Source: an uncultured virus (IMG/VR IMGVR_UViG_3300032233_001922)
Taxonomy: Duplodnaviria; Heunggongvirae; Uroviricota; Caudoviricetes
Direction: 5' to 3' (one strand)
DNA length: 64,000 nt
IMG/VR virus record: IMGVR_UViG_3300032233_001922
Shown here: in pieces, positions 1 through 10,504 of the stretch
How positions within the stretch are numbered: position 1 is the stretch's first letter
How the letters are laid out: each line of letters starts with the position of its first letter
Translations under genes and position numbers: made by a program
The notes under the pieces: model-generated
What the model was told of the DNA's origin: nothing
What the model saw: only the letters and a program-made list of their open reading frames with translations
The model's database searches: none

Positions 1-145
1 AGAACAAGAATTTCAACTTACCAGTAATACTTCAGTAGAAAATTGGATAGAAACAGAGATTGTAGGAATATCTGTAGATATTATATAAAATAATTAAAAT
101 TTAACAATAAGAAATTTAACAACAACCAATTTAACAACGAATACT

Positions 146-586
146 ATGGAGAATGAAAAAAACAATAACTTGGATATAAAAGTTACAGTAAATCAAAAAA
201 ATACAAATATTACCGAAGTTAAAAAACTTCCAACTTCCATAACCGATTTTCAAAAAAAAATATTAGGAATGGAAATTTATGGCAGAGCAATAGACCCTTT
301 TACTGGAGCTGAATTTGTTAAAACAAGGACAAATCAAAGGTTTGAATGTCCAGAAAGTAGGGTTTTATATCATAATAAAATGAATAATAAATTAAGGTAT
401 GATTTAATTCAAAAAAAAACTAATAAAAAAAATATTTTAAAAAGTACAAGGGAGAAATTGTATGAAGAAGAACAAAAAATATTAAAATTAAAGAATAAAA
501 AACAACTTGCGATTACTGGTTTTTTTTGGTTTTTGATTTTTGCGGTGTGCTTTATTGTCATTAAGTTGATAAATTCAATAAAATGA
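146..586 (+). CDS. hypothetical protein with C-terminal transmembrane helix
   Basis: 146-aa ORF; hydrophobic C-terminal segment AITGFFWFLIFAVCFIVI. Confidence 0.7.
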   Translation: MENEKNNNLDIKVTVNQKNTNITEVKKLPTSITDFQKKILGMEIYGRAIDPFTGAEFVKTRTNQRFECPESRVLYHNKMNNKLRYDLIQKKTNKKNILKSTREKLYEEEQKILKLKNKKQLAITGFFWFLIFAVCFIVIKLINSIK

Positions 587-762
587 AACAGTCAGCAGTA
601 GAATGGTTAGAAGAGCAATTTGAAGAAATTCATACTATTAAACGGTGGGAACAGATAGTTGAACAAGCCAAAGAAATGGAAAAACAACAGATTATTGATG
701 CTTTACATTATTTTGGAATTGAAAATGCAGAACAATATTACAACGAAACATTTAATAAATAA
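583..762 (+). CDS. small phage protein (MKQSAVEWL...QAKEMEKQQII...AEQYYNETF), not in the ORF track
   Basis: 59-aa ORF read manually; ATGA overlap with upstream stop; motif pattern recalled from Flavobacterium-phage small proteins. Confidence 0.7.
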   Translation: MKQSAVEWLEEQFEEIHTIKRWEQIVEQAKEMEKQQIIDALHYFGIENAEQYYNETFNK

Positions 763-766
763 AATT

Positions 767-1228
767 ATGGAATTAATATCAATGACCATTTTTGTGTTGG
801 AGCAAGAAATTCAACTAAGAAACGATAGTGATTATACTAATCAAGAATGTCTAGTAAAACAGTTTAACTACGCAAACTTTCTAAAACAACCTTTAGAACT
901 ATGGATGTTTGTTCCTTGTGATGAGAATGGATATGTTTTGGAAATTCCAACACCAAGAAAAGGAGATGATGGTAATTGGAATTATCAGTCAAGATTTGAA
1001 CAATACCAACAAGCAAAAGAAAGATGTTTGTTTGAGGGGTTTGAAATAGTTACAAAGGACTTTGATAAAAAACCTTATAAATTTATGCAAAACAAAGATA
1101 CTTATGTTGCTTTTTTAGAGCCATTGAGTAATGAATGGAAAAAAGTAAATGATTATGAATGTCTTGAAGATTTAGCATTGTATAAATTTCTACTAACCCC
1201 AACAGCAATTAAACAATTAGGATTATGA
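767..1228 (+). CDS. hypothetical phage protein
   Basis: Start reassigned to ATG 767 (MELISMT), directly after the 583-762 ORF; contains YANFLKQPLELWMFVPCDENG. Confidence 0.7.
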   Translation: MELISMTIFVLEQEIQLRNDSDYTNQECLVKQFNYANFLKQPLELWMFVPCDENGYVLEIPTPRKGDDGNWNYQSRFEQYQQAKERCLFEGFEIVTKDFDKKPYKFMQNKDTYVAFLEPLSNEWKKVNDYECLEDLALYKFLLTPTAIKQLGL

Positions 1229-1509
1229 AAGATTTATATCAAAAATTATTAGACAACACAACTGACGAAGATTATAAATCTGGTATCTGTAGTTGCATAT
1301 CAAAGTTATCTCGTAGAAATATAATTTCACATGATGAATACTGGGATTTATTCAATGACTTTAGAACAAGAATACCTAAAAGGTTTTCTAAATTTTGGTG
1401 GAATAGTAGTTTTATAGGAGGAAATTATTGGTGGCTTCCAAGTCCAAAAGGTATAAAACAAAGAAGATTATTTATTCAACATATAATTAAAAGTTATGAA
1501 AAAAAATAA
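1225..1509 (+). CDS. hypothetical protein
   Basis: 94-aa ORF overlapping the upstream stop. Confidence 0.6.
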   Translation: MKDLYQKLLDNTTDEDYKSGICSCISKLSRRNIISHDEYWDLFNDFRTRIPKRFSKFWWNSSFIGGNYWWLPSPKGIKQRRLFIQHIIKSYEKK

Positions 1510-1972
1510 CAAAGATTTTTTAGTAGAGTTGGGTGCTTGGGCATTGACTTTTTGTGTGTTTTATCTAATGATGAGAACCTTTCAGAGATTATGTTGACAA
1601 AGCTAAAAGATTTGATTTTAAAAAGACAAACTTTAAATCAAAATAAATGCGGTACTACGGTTATGTTTCTTATGGAGCAACTTAACATAAGTCAATCAGA
1701 AATTAAGGGCTTGTTAAACCAACTACATAGTGAGAAATTTATAAGAGTAAGGCAAGGGATTAACGTTAAATTAATATTTTTAAAATAGTAAAAATGAAAA
1801 AAGGATTTAAAATATCGGATATAGTAATTGGGTGCAATAATAACTTTTTTTATCTATACAATTATATAGCGATAAATACTATTGGGTTGTATGGGTTTTC
1901 AAGTGTTCAATCGGAATTTATTCCTAATTCAAGTAGGGTTGGGGTTTGGAAAATTAAAAACATAAAATAGTT

Positions 1973-2164
1973 ATGACACTAAAAGAACAGTTTGATGTAT
2001 TAATTCCAATTGAATTTGGAGGTATGCAAGACCCATTATTAAGTAATTGTGTAGAAGTAGCAGATGAATTTGCTATTGGATTTGCAGAGTGGTTACAAAA
2101 AAATGATGGTTCAGCAAGTTATCAAGAACTATTAGAAATCTATAAAAAAGAAAAAGGATTATGA
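1973..2164 (+). CDS. small phage protein (ADEFAIGFAEW...ELLEIYKKEKGL)
   Basis: 63-aa ORF, coupled to the next ORF. Confidence 0.65.
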   Translation: MTLKEQFDVLIPIEFGGMQDPLLSNCVEVADEFAIGFAEWLQKNDGSASYQELLEIYKKEKGL

Positions 2165-2436
2165 AAAATAAAATTTTAGAAAATTGGTCGGAAATTGAAA
2201 ATATTGAAAATATAGCAAGAGAGAAAACTAAAGACCCTAAAGCTGGTTTTAATGCAAGTACTTTTTGGATTAATGGCGATGGTCGTCATTTAATGCTTCC
2301 TATTATGTATAGAGGTAAAAAAGGTAAAAAAGGACAAGAAGATTTTACTTCTTATTATAAAGAAATGTTGATTTACGCAAAATTTTGTCCTTTTTCTGGA
2401 AAACCATTATATGAAGATTCTATTAATGAAAAATAA
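2161..2436 (+). CDS. hypothetical protein (C-terminal FCPFSG)
   Basis: 91-aa ORF, ATGA overlap. Confidence 0.6.
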   Translation: MKNKILENWSEIENIENIAREKTKDPKAGFNASTFWINGDGRHLMLPIMYRGKKGKKGQEDFTSYYKEMLIYAKFCPFSGKPLYEDSINEK

Positions 2437-2443
2437 ATAAATT

Positions 2444-2767
2444 ATGAAAAAAGAAACCTTACAACAAATTTTTAAACGCACAGTTACCAAAAACCTTTTA
2501 GATGTTGTTTTTGTGAACCCACTAGAACACACCGTTACACCAGAAGATGATTTATTAAAGATAATGAACGTAGGTCATAGGATTAAAGTTCAGTCGGTAG
2601 TGTTGCCAAAAGAACACCAGCTCTATGCTTTAAAAACAGAGGAGCAGTTTTTAAATTGGATGCAGAATAAAATCCATAATATTAATAGTGCAAACTATAT
2701 TTTAAGATTAAAACACGAATTGTCCGAACCAATTAAGTTAAAATACGCTCACTTATTATCACGGTAA
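2444..2767 (+). CDS. hypothetical protein
   Basis: 107-aa ORF in a co-directional run. Confidence 0.6.
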   Translation: MKKETLQQIFKRTVTKNLLDVVFVNPLEHTVTPEDDLLKIMNVGHRIKVQSVVLPKEHQLYALKTEEQFLNWMQNKIHNINSANYILRLKHELSEPIKLKYAHLLSR

Positions 2768-2876
2768 GCATAATATAAAACAGTTCTTTGTTTAGCGTTT
2801 CTTTTATAACTCGTTTTTTTACAATTTTTATTTGCATAATTGATTATTTTTACACCTTAATTAAAATCATAAACAA

Positions 2877-3332
2877 ATGAAAACGAAAGATTTACTTTAT
2901 ATAGGAGCAATTGGATTGCTTGGATATTTATTGTGGAAAAAGAATTACGTAGGTGCAAAAGGTAGCGAAGCACAATTGAATACCTTAGACCAACCAAAAA
3001 GTATGGACTTACCTAACTTAACGCCTTCTACTGGTTTAGCTACTGAAACTGCTTTAACGCAAGGATTGGGAGAGATAAGTGCTGATTGTGGAAATGAATT
3101 TACAATTGTAGAAAAAGATGTTACTCAAAGGTATGTTAATGAAGGAGGTAAGTTTATGCTTTACTCATCAAGTCCATTAAGCAGAATTGCTCCAGTAGAA
3201 ATTACTTTCGACGATTTTAAAAAAGCGTGTGATTCTTACAAGTCAAAAACTTCAATGCCTATATTAAAAGGGAATCCGATTGTGGAAGCAGTTAGTAACT
3301 TTAGCGGTACTCTTTACAGAGGAATAATGTAA
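2877..3332 (+). CDS. N-terminally membrane-anchored protein, possibly virion membrane
   Basis: LLYIGAIGLLGYLLWKK N-terminal helix, same style as the membrane proteins at 21-39 kb. Confidence 0.65.
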   Translation: MKTKDLLYIGAIGLLGYLLWKKNYVGAKGSEAQLNTLDQPKSMDLPNLTPSTGLATETALTQGLGEISADCGNEFTIVEKDVTQRYVNEGGKFMLYSSSPLSRIAPVEITFDDFKKACDSYKSKTSMPILKGNPIVEAVSNFSGTLYRGIM

Positions 3333-3349
3333 TCTTAAAATTTTATAAA

Positions 3350-3646
3350 ATGACAACAGAAAATAAAAAAATAGCAATGTATGTAGGTGGAGCAATCGTA
3401 GTGGGTGCGGTTGGGTTCTTTGTTTACTCTTTCTTTCAAAAACCTATCACAGTAGGTTCAACTACGGTAAGCGTTAATCCAGATGAAGAAACAACGCCAA
3501 TAGTTAAAACTAATCCTTTCACAGACTTACTTAACAAAGGAATACCAACCTTAAACTTACCTACATTCAATAAACCTTTGAACGGTACTAGTTGGACTAA
3601 AGCAATTGTTGACGACAACTTTAAAAGTAATGTAGCATTAGCGTAA
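3350..3646 (+). CDS. N-terminally membrane-anchored protein
   Basis: IAMYVGGAIVVGAVGFFVYSFF helix. Confidence 0.65.
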   Translation: MTTENKKIAMYVGGAIVVGAVGFFVYSFFQKPITVGSTTVSVNPDEETTPIVKTNPFTDLLNKGIPTLNLPTFNKPLNGTSWTKAIVDDNFKSNVALA

Positions 3647-3739
3647 TTTAAAAGTTAAAGTTTTCAAAATTAAGTGCATTTTGCACTTTTTTTTGACTTT
3701 AATTTGTATATTCGTACCCTAAACTTAAATAACAACAAA

Positions 3740-4021
3740 ATGAGTTATCACAGAAATTTAACCCCTCAAATTTTAGAAATGAGAAATAGGGGTTTGACTT
3801 ACAGACAAATACAAAAAGAACTAAATTGCTCTAAAGGAACTATCAATTATATATGTCGCAAAATCGATATGGTTGATACTGGCAAAAAGATATATCCATT
3901 AAGCAAAGAAATGAAATTGCAAATATTTGAATACTGCAAAACACATTCAATTAGTAATGCAGTAAAACACTTTAAGGTTTCGTTGTCGTCAATCAATAAG
4001 TATAAAAAACTTCAAGAGTAA
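3740..4021 (+). CDS. helix-turn-helix DNA-binding protein
   Basis: GLTYRQIQKELNCSKGTINY and SISNAVKHFKVSLSSI HTH-like patterns; start moved to ATG 3740. Confidence 0.65.
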   Translation: MSYHRNLTPQILEMRNRGLTYRQIQKELNCSKGTINYICRKIDMVDTGKKIYPLSKEMKLQIFEYCKTHSISNAVKHFKVSLSSINKYKKLQE

Positions 4022-4027
4022 AACTCA

Positions 4028-4963
4028 ATGAAAAAAAACAATTCTCTTAAAAAATTCAACAAACTTGCTAAACGTATTTACAAAATATCGAAAAAACGTG
4101 AGTTAGGTTGGAAATGGCAAGATGCTCAAAAATGGACTTCTGCTAACATTTTTCAAAAGTACAAAGACACACCTATTTCAAAAATTAAAGTAACCGAAGT
4201 AGATAGTGTAATTTTCGGTATTTTAGATGGTAGTGAAATGCCTATCCCTAAAGTTGGAGGGCGTAAACCTACGGAGGTTTGTTTTAATATTAATCAAATT
4301 ACAAATGACCAAACAGAGGATGTTCCTTTCTATTATTTGTATGATAGAATTTATGGTGGAAACGGAGAAATTGGATTTGATGACAATTTAAAAATTGCAG
4401 TCGAAATTGATGGTTTTGTTTCTACTGGAGTTATCAAAAAGTACGAATTGAATAGCAGTACAATAACCGATTTAGTTAAGGGAATTAGATTGTTAAATTT
4501 ATCATCTAGCGATTATGATATTATTTTTAAGAGAGTTGTAATTTCAGACAAAGAATCACAGAAAGACAATCCTTGTAATGGGTACATTCTTATAACGATG
4601 CTTGGTTCAAGTGCCGATGTAAATACCGACGAGGTTAATATGGATGTTAAGAAAAAAGATTTAATGCCCGAATTGCAATCTAAAATAGACGAAGCTAAAA
4701 GAGTTGAAGCGGAAGCTAAAAGACAAAAAGAATTAAAGCAAAAAGCATTAAAACAAGAAAGACCAAAACAAGTTGAGCCAAAACCAATTCAGCCGACAAA
4801 GGTAGCTACTGCTAAGGATAGTAAAGCTAATAGACTTGTCGAATATAACAAAGCGGTTAAAGATTTAAAAGCATTTTTAGACGATGGATTGATTACCAAA
4901 AAACAGTTTTCAAAACGTTTCGAGGAATTAGGTAAGAATTTAAAAGATGGTGGAATAATTTAA
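4028..4963 (+). CDS. hypothetical protein with C-terminal SHOCT-like motif
   Basis: KDLKAFLDDGLITKKQFSKRFEEL resembles SHOCT. Confidence 0.55.
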   Translation: MKKNNSLKKFNKLAKRIYKISKKRELGWKWQDAQKWTSANIFQKYKDTPISKIKVTEVDSVIFGILDGSEMPIPKVGGRKPTEVCFNINQITNDQTEDVPFYYLYDRIYGGNGEIGFDDNLKIAVEIDGFVSTGVIKKYELNSSTITDLVKGIRLLNLSSSDYDIIFKRVVISDKESQKDNPCNGYILITMLGSSADVNTDEVNMDVKKKDLMPELQSKIDEAKRVEAEAKRQKELKQKALKQERPKQVEPKPIQPTKVATAKDSKANRLVEYNKAVKDLKAFLDDGLITKKQFSKRFEELGKNLKDGGII

Positions 4964-4975
4964 CAACAAATCACT

Positions 4976-5707
4976 ATGGAAGTTGACATTAAAGAATATT
5001 CAAGAGAATACAAAAGAACAAAAATAGATAGGACTTACAAAAAATTAATAGCTTGTAAAAGCGACTTTTTTGTAAGAATGGGAAGTGAGTGTAATGAACT
5101 ATTATTTGATGGCAGACACAGAGTTTATAGAACCGATAGCAACAACTTCCCAAGAAAGTTTATTTTCCTTTTTAATTCTGTTCAAAGAGAAGCAAGAAAA
5201 TTTTTACTTAAAAACCCAATCATTGATGTTTCTCCAAAGGTAGATGTAACCAAATACAACTACCAATATGACCATAGCAAAGGAGTAATTACTGGAACTG
5301 ATTTAGACCACGCATTTTGGCGCATTGCCTACATTAAAAACTATATTTCAAAGCGTACTTATAACTTTGGATTAAACAATGAAGCTAAAGCATTAAGACT
5401 TGCTACGCTATCTGTTTTAGGCAGAGAAAAAGCATTTGACAAGTACGTTAATGGAGAGCTGGTAGAAAAAGTAGTGGTAAAAAAACTTGACCCTCATTTG
5501 CAGTCTATTTACAAAGATATTCGGTTCTCTTGTTACTATATGATGTACGAATTATCTTTGATTTTAGGCGATGATTTTGATTGCTGGAGGACTGATTGCA
5601 TTTATTATAGAGATACAATTGCCAACAGAAAGATAGTTCACGACTATTTTGATGAAAGGGAAATGTTATATAAACAACTGATTTACAATAAAGAAGTGCA
5701 GATTTAG
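4976..5707 (+). CDS. compact family-B polymerase palm-like protein (putative)
   Basis: GTDLDHAFW (motif A-like), KALRLATLSVLG (motif B position), CWRTDCIYY (motif C-like); no exonuclease domain. Confidence 0.45.
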   Translation: MEVDIKEYSREYKRTKIDRTYKKLIACKSDFFVRMGSECNELLFDGRHRVYRTDSNNFPRKFIFLFNSVQREARKFLLKNPIIDVSPKVDVTKYNYQYDHSKGVITGTDLDHAFWRIAYIKNYISKRTYNFGLNNEAKALRLATLSVLGREKAFDKYVNGELVEKVVVKKLDPHLQSIYKDIRFSCYYMMYELSLILGDDFDCWRTDCIYYRDTIANRKIVHDYFDEREMLYKQLIYNKEVQI

Positions 5708-6528
5708 TATTGTTTTAATATCTTAAATAATATTTTTATACTTTTTTATATAAATAACTTATTTATAATAATAATTACTTATATTTGTTAAAATTAAAAC
5801 CAAGAAAATGAATTTAAAAACAACACCGTTTTCTGTTTCTGAAAGCAAAAAAAAATACGCATTATCCGAGTTCTCGGAAATGGGAATAAACATAAGCATA
5901 TTAAATGAAGTTACAAAATATCACAAAATTCCAAGTGGTAATTTTTACAAGTTTGGAGTTATCGTAGATGGTAATTACTATTGGTATTTTAACGGAACGC
6001 CAGTAGCGAATGATAGATTAAAAATGCGTGAAATATTTTCAGCAATACTTATGGTTTCAAAACCGAATGAAAGACCGTTTATTTACAAAGTAAAAAGATT
6101 ATGATAGTTGTTTCAAAGGATGATAGTGAAAGGATAGTTGAACAGTTTTTAGTTTCTTTGTCTAAGAAAAATGGTTCTCAAAAATTAGCGGTTGAATCAA
6201 TGTATGTGCTTAATGACAAACTACATAAAGCTATCTTATTAGGTTCTTTATTGAGGACTTACAAAGACAGTCTAAAAGATAACGACAATGGAGAATTTGA
6301 TATGCGCATTTGTGTTATGTCTGCCTTAAATTGTGTTTTTGATGAAGATTGTGATTTAGAGGAAATGCCACCTAAATTCATTGGGTTATTTACCTCCGAA
6401 GATAACGATTTAGCGTGGAATAACCCTAAATTACAATTTGCAGTTGACCAATTTGTAAGTGCCTTTTATACTTATGAATTATTTGAAAATAAATACCCAA
6501 ACATAGCAGATGGATTAAAAATTGTATT

Positions 6529-6849
6529 ATGAAAAAAAAGGAATTTAAAGACTTCAAAAGCATTAAAGACAAAGTTTTGTTTTTATTGGAAACTAACGAG
6601 TTGTTGAGAGATAATGACAACAAATTAATTGCGACCTATCATCATAACGAGCTGGGCAAAGAAAGGGTTTTAGAAATGTCGGCAACCGATTATTTAACTG
6701 AATTAGCCTTTGGCAGATTGACCAAATGCGAAAGCATTACTAGAGAAAGAAAAAACCTTCAAGCAAAGAACGAATCTTTACGTGGTTCGCAATACAAAAT
6801 AAGGGTTAAGAAAAAAGAGGGTTGGTTCATAATAGGTAAAAAAGAGTAA
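6529..6849 (+). CDS. hypothetical phage protein
   Basis: 106-aa ORF with LRDNDNKL and ESITRERKNLQ...LRG pattern. Confidence 0.6.
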   Translation: MKKKEFKDFKSIKDKVLFLLETNELLRDNDNKLIATYHHNELGKERVLEMSATDYLTELAFGRLTKCESITRERKNLQAKNESLRGSQYKIRVKKKEGWFIIGKKE

Positions 6850-6985
6850 TATGTGGCTTATTTTAACTTTGATTTTTATAGAGTTTTATTTTAGACCAAG
6901 ACTTGATTTTACGCACGACCAAAAGCTACTGTTGTGGTATGGTAGAACAAAAAGGAATTACATAATAATATTAGAAAAACAATAA

Positions 6986-7285
6986 ATGAAAGCAACCTTA
7001 CTAAAAGTATCTGGAGAAAAAATAAAAATAACCTTGACTTCATTTGATGGTGCAAGGAAAATGATTTGTGAATATGGCTATAATTCGCCTTTGGAAATAA
7101 TCAATTTACAAGAATCTAAAATGATGCTAATTGATGAAGAAGGGAAATTGAAAAATTTACCCTTGAATAATGAAGCAACTGAAATAGCTCACGAAAGCGA
7201 ATCTATATATCCAAGCGATGTTGTAGTGGGGGATGTTATTTTGATTGACGATATTGAGGAATTTGACAATTTGCCTTACGAATAA
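6986..7285 (+). CDS. DUF3846-like protein
   Basis: MLIDEEGKLKNLPLNNEAT...VVGDVIL. Confidence 0.65.
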   Translation: MKATLLKVSGEKIKITLTSFDGARKMICEYGYNSPLEIINLQESKMMLIDEEGKLKNLPLNNEATEIAHESESIYPSDVVVGDVILIDDIEEFDNLPYE

Positions 7286-7742
7286 AAAAAAGGGACTGGG
7301 TAACAACTCCCAATCCCCACCAAGAAACTCAAACAAACACTATGGATAATGATGTTACACTTCAAAATTAGTTAATAATGTCAGTAATTCAATTTTATTG
7401 CCCAACAATATAATAAACTGATTAAACTAAAAGATTTTCTTTTATGGAAAAGATACGATTTTACAAATATTATTTTAAAGGTATGCCCAAGCCAATTATA
7501 ATGGAAGCAGAAAGTAAAGCGGTTGCTTATGATATGCTACGCCAATTAAGTTTTAAATCACAAACTGCAATAGATATGAAGTTGTTGGAGGATATTAGAG
7601 TAGAAACGCCTTTGGTTGGAATATCTAAACGTAAACGTGAGGGTAAAGATTGGGTTTGGATTGGCAAAGAGAATAGCAGTAACGGTTGGATTTTACAAGA
7701 GGAATTTGATAGATTACAGAAACTTAAACAACAACAACAATA

Positions 7743-8528
7743 ATGATAAATATTTCACAATCATTTTTAAAAGAATACGCAAAATATAAGTCTGGCGATA
7801 GTTGCGGACTTCAAGTAAAAGCGAAGTATATTGATGGTGTAAAATTCCCTTCAAGCGATGCGATGGAATACGGTAATGCGTTTGAATATTTAGCGACTGG
7901 TTCTATACCTCGTGATGGTCATATCCCACAAATGGAAATGGTTTACGTTGGCACTAAAAAAGAAAGTATTTCAACACAATATCAAAGAATAATTGAGAGT
8001 GCCTTGTTCTTTAAAAAAATTATCAAAGCATACGAAATTGAAATAATTGATATTGGGAAGGTATGCACCGAAGATGGTATGACTGGGATTATGGATATAG
8101 TCGCAAAATGGGATGATAGGATTTGCATAATTGACACTAAGTATAGCGGTGTAATTGACGACAAGTGGTCAGAGTTTGGTTGGAATATAGATGCTTTACC
8201 CGAAAAGCATAATTTAATGATACAAGCGGTACATTACAAAATATTATTGGCGAAAGAATTGGATTGTGATGTAGATGATATTGATTTTTACTTTTTTGTT
8301 TTTTCAGCAAAAGATGTTCACGATGTTAAACTTATAAAAGTACATACAGAGGAAAATACTTTCGCTACACACCTATCTACTGTTGAGTGGGTAAAAAATG
8401 AACTTAAAAAACCAATACAGAGCGTTTTTAAGGCAAAACCATTACTTAAACGATGCTTTGAATGTCCTATCTCGGAAACTTGTGTTAGCAAGGTCGAAAT
8501 ACCTCACATAGACGAAATAGTGTATTAA
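7743..8528 (+). CDS. PD-(D/E)XK exonuclease (RecE/Cas4-like)
   Basis: GIMDI...IIDTKY...QAVHY and C-terminal CFECP...C; adjacent to RecT. Confidence 0.75.
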   Translation: MINISQSFLKEYAKYKSGDSCGLQVKAKYIDGVKFPSSDAMEYGNAFEYLATGSIPRDGHIPQMEMVYVGTKKESISTQYQRIIESALFFKKIIKAYEIEIIDIGKVCTEDGMTGIMDIVAKWDDRICIIDTKYSGVIDDKWSEFGWNIDALPEKHNLMIQAVHYKILLAKELDCDVDDIDFYFFVFSAKDVHDVKLIKVHTEENTFATHLSTVEWVKNELKKPIQSVFKAKPLLKRCFECPISETCVSKVEIPHIDEIVY

Positions 8529-8752
8529 TATGACTAGGCAAGAATACCATATTGCTTCTATAGATTTAGAACTATATGAACTTAAAAATTATCGTAAAAA
8601 TTTAAAGAGGTTTGCTCTTTTTGAAATCCGAAAACACAATATGTTTGCTAAAAAATTTTATAGGATTTTAGAGGAGGTTGAAAGGGTTACAATTGAAATT
8701 TACGAATTAGAAAATAGAAAATCAGAAATTTTAAACTTAAACAATTATTAAT

Positions 8753-9616
8753 ATGACACCAGCGGTAAGCACAAGTAAAGATATAATTTTAAACTTTACA
8801 ACTACAATTGAGAAATACGAACAAAAAAATTTATTAGAACTTTTAGAGGGTAGCAGTATGACACCAGCTAAATTTAAGCAAATTGTAATTAGTGAACTCA
8901 AAAAATCAGACAAACTTCAAGATGCGTTTATTAAAAATCCAGCTTCGCTATTTGCAAGTATTTTGCATTGTGCCGAATTAGGACTTAATCCAAGCCAAAT
9001 GATAGGCGAGTTTTACTTTATTCCTTTCAAAGACACAATAACGCCAATTTTGGGATATAAGGGTTTATTGACCTTGCTTATGCGTTCCGATAAAGTAAAG
9101 AAAATATGGTCAGAGGTAGTTTATGATGGCGATGATTTTATTTATGAATTAGGTATGCAACCTACTTTAGTTCACGCACCAAACCACGAATCAGCAAGAA
9201 AGTCTGCAAATATAAAATTTGTGTACGCTTGTGCAAAGATAGAAGATGAAGTTGTTTTTAAGGTAATGTCAAAAAATGAAATACAAAATATCATAAATAT
9301 TTCAAAATTCCCAAATGATTTATACTTTAACGATAAAAAAGACCCAGAGAATTGGATGGCTAAAAAAACCGTTTTAAAACAATTGGCTAAATTAATGCCG
9401 AGAGAAGATGACCGATTGAAAAAAGCGGTTTCTATGGATGACCAAATTGAAGGTGGAGGTTATTTAATTATGGATGAAAATGACAATGTTAAATTCGTTC
9501 AAGGAAATATTATTGGAAAAAAAAGTAGCATATATGATAAATTAATGGAAAAAAATGTATCAAATAATTTATTAGTGGAAAATAATGCACTACCTTTGAA
9601 TACTTTACAGTCATAA
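8753..9616 (+). CDS. recT: RecT-family single-strand annealing recombinase
   Basis: AELGLNP...YFIPF...GYKGLLTL...VYDGDDF...MAKKTVLKQLAKLMP. Confidence 0.9.
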   Translation: MTPAVSTSKDIILNFTTTIEKYEQKNLLELLEGSSMTPAKFKQIVISELKKSDKLQDAFIKNPASLFASILHCAELGLNPSQMIGEFYFIPFKDTITPILGYKGLLTLLMRSDKVKKIWSEVVYDGDDFIYELGMQPTLVHAPNHESARKSANIKFVYACAKIEDEVVFKVMSKNEIQNIINISKFPNDLYFNDKKDPENWMAKKTVLKQLAKLMPREDDRLKKAVSMDDQIEGGGYLIMDENDNVKFVQGNIIGKKSSIYDKLMEKNVSNNLLVENNALPLNTLQS

Positions 9617-9660
9617 ACTTCTGCGAGTTCGTGAGTAATGAATGAACATTGATACAAATT

Positions 9661-9690
9661 AAAAAGCGACTAAATATTAGTCGCTTTTTT
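9661..9690. terminator. bidirectional intrinsic terminator between convergent gene blocks
   Basis: AAAAAGCGACTAA-ATA-TTAGTCGCTTTTTT hairpin with A/T tails on both sides. Confidence 0.85.
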
Positions 9691-10034
9691 TATGCTATTG
9701 TAATTTTGTAGTAAGCATAAATGCTTGACGAAACATAAACAACGTTACCTACGTAAGAAAACAACCCTACATTGAAGGTGTTCAAAGCATCTACAACGCC
9801 TTGAATGTTATTTGTCAATAAATTAGTAGTCGGTAAATAAATTAGAGTAGTTGCGAGAACTTCATATTGTAATTCAACAGTCGTTACCCCTAAAAAATCC
9901 TCTGCGCTTAAATTGTATTCGTATATGGTATTTGAAACATTTGCAAATTGATAAGGCGTTGTTATTCCCAAGATATTAATTTCTTGTGGCAACGAAGTGT
10001 TGTTTTTTATTTTTAAATTTATGCTATCTTTCAT
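9690..10034 (-). CDS. beta-rich protein, possible minor capsid/vertex component
   Basis: Start moved to MKDSIN; INLKIKNNTSLPQEINILG weakly echoes YIVDITSTSGSAVANFEVLG of 29969-30664. Confidence 0.45.
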   Translation of the reverse strand: MKDSINLKIKNNTSLPQEINILGITTPYQFANVSNTIYEYNLSAEDFLGVTTVELQYEVLATTLIYLPTTNLLTNNIQGVVDALNTFNVGLFSYVGNVVYVSSSIYAYYKITIA

Positions 10035-10039
10035 AGCGT

Positions 10040-10504
10040 TTATATTTTTTTGTTTCTTATTAAGTAATACACTAAACCAGCTAATATAGCTACGCTTGTC
10101 CATTTAAAAACTTGTGAACTTACATACTTATTCCCTTTAGCAAAATTAACAAAATGCTCACAGTTAAAATTTATAAAATCATACTTGTAGTTTTTCAAAT
10201 TACTGTACAAATCTTTTAAATCAGATGTGTTCAAATTTGTTTTTTCTACTGAAACAATATCCCTTCCTTTAATCCATTTATTCAAAGGTTCTCTTACTAC
10301 ACTACCGCCTTTTGAATTGATTTTGTCGGGTTGATTGTGAATAATGAAAACATCATTACCTTTTTTTTCAATTATTCCATAATGATAAATTATAGGCAAA
10401 ATTTCTGCCTTTACTTTTATCAAATCTCCACTTTCTAATTTTGATACGATATGATTTCTATTTTGTATTTTTATAGTGTTCAATTGAGTTTCTTTAGATT
10501 TCAT
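10040..10504 (-). CDS. LRAT/NC-domain (permuted NlpC/P60) enzyme with C-terminal TM helix
   Basis: HYGI...IIHN and YDFINFNCEHFV catalytic motifs; TM VAILAGLVYYLI. Confidence 0.8.
   Translation of the reverse strand: MKSKETQLNTIKIQNRNHIVSKLESGDLIKVKAEILPIIYHYGIIEKKGNDVFIIHNQPDKINSKGGSVVREPLNKWIKGRDIVSVEKTNLNTSDLKDLYSNLKNYKYDFINFNCEHFVNFAKGNKYVSSQVFKWTSVAILAGLVYYLIRNKKI

Noticed and set aside
659..766. N-terminal extension of ORF 659-1228
   Set aside because: It overlaps a better 59-aa ORF (583-762); ATG 767 has the typical A-rich context.
7743..8528. Cas4 of a CRISPR system
   Set aside because: No repeats or other cas genes; adjacency to RecT indicates a recombination exonuclease.
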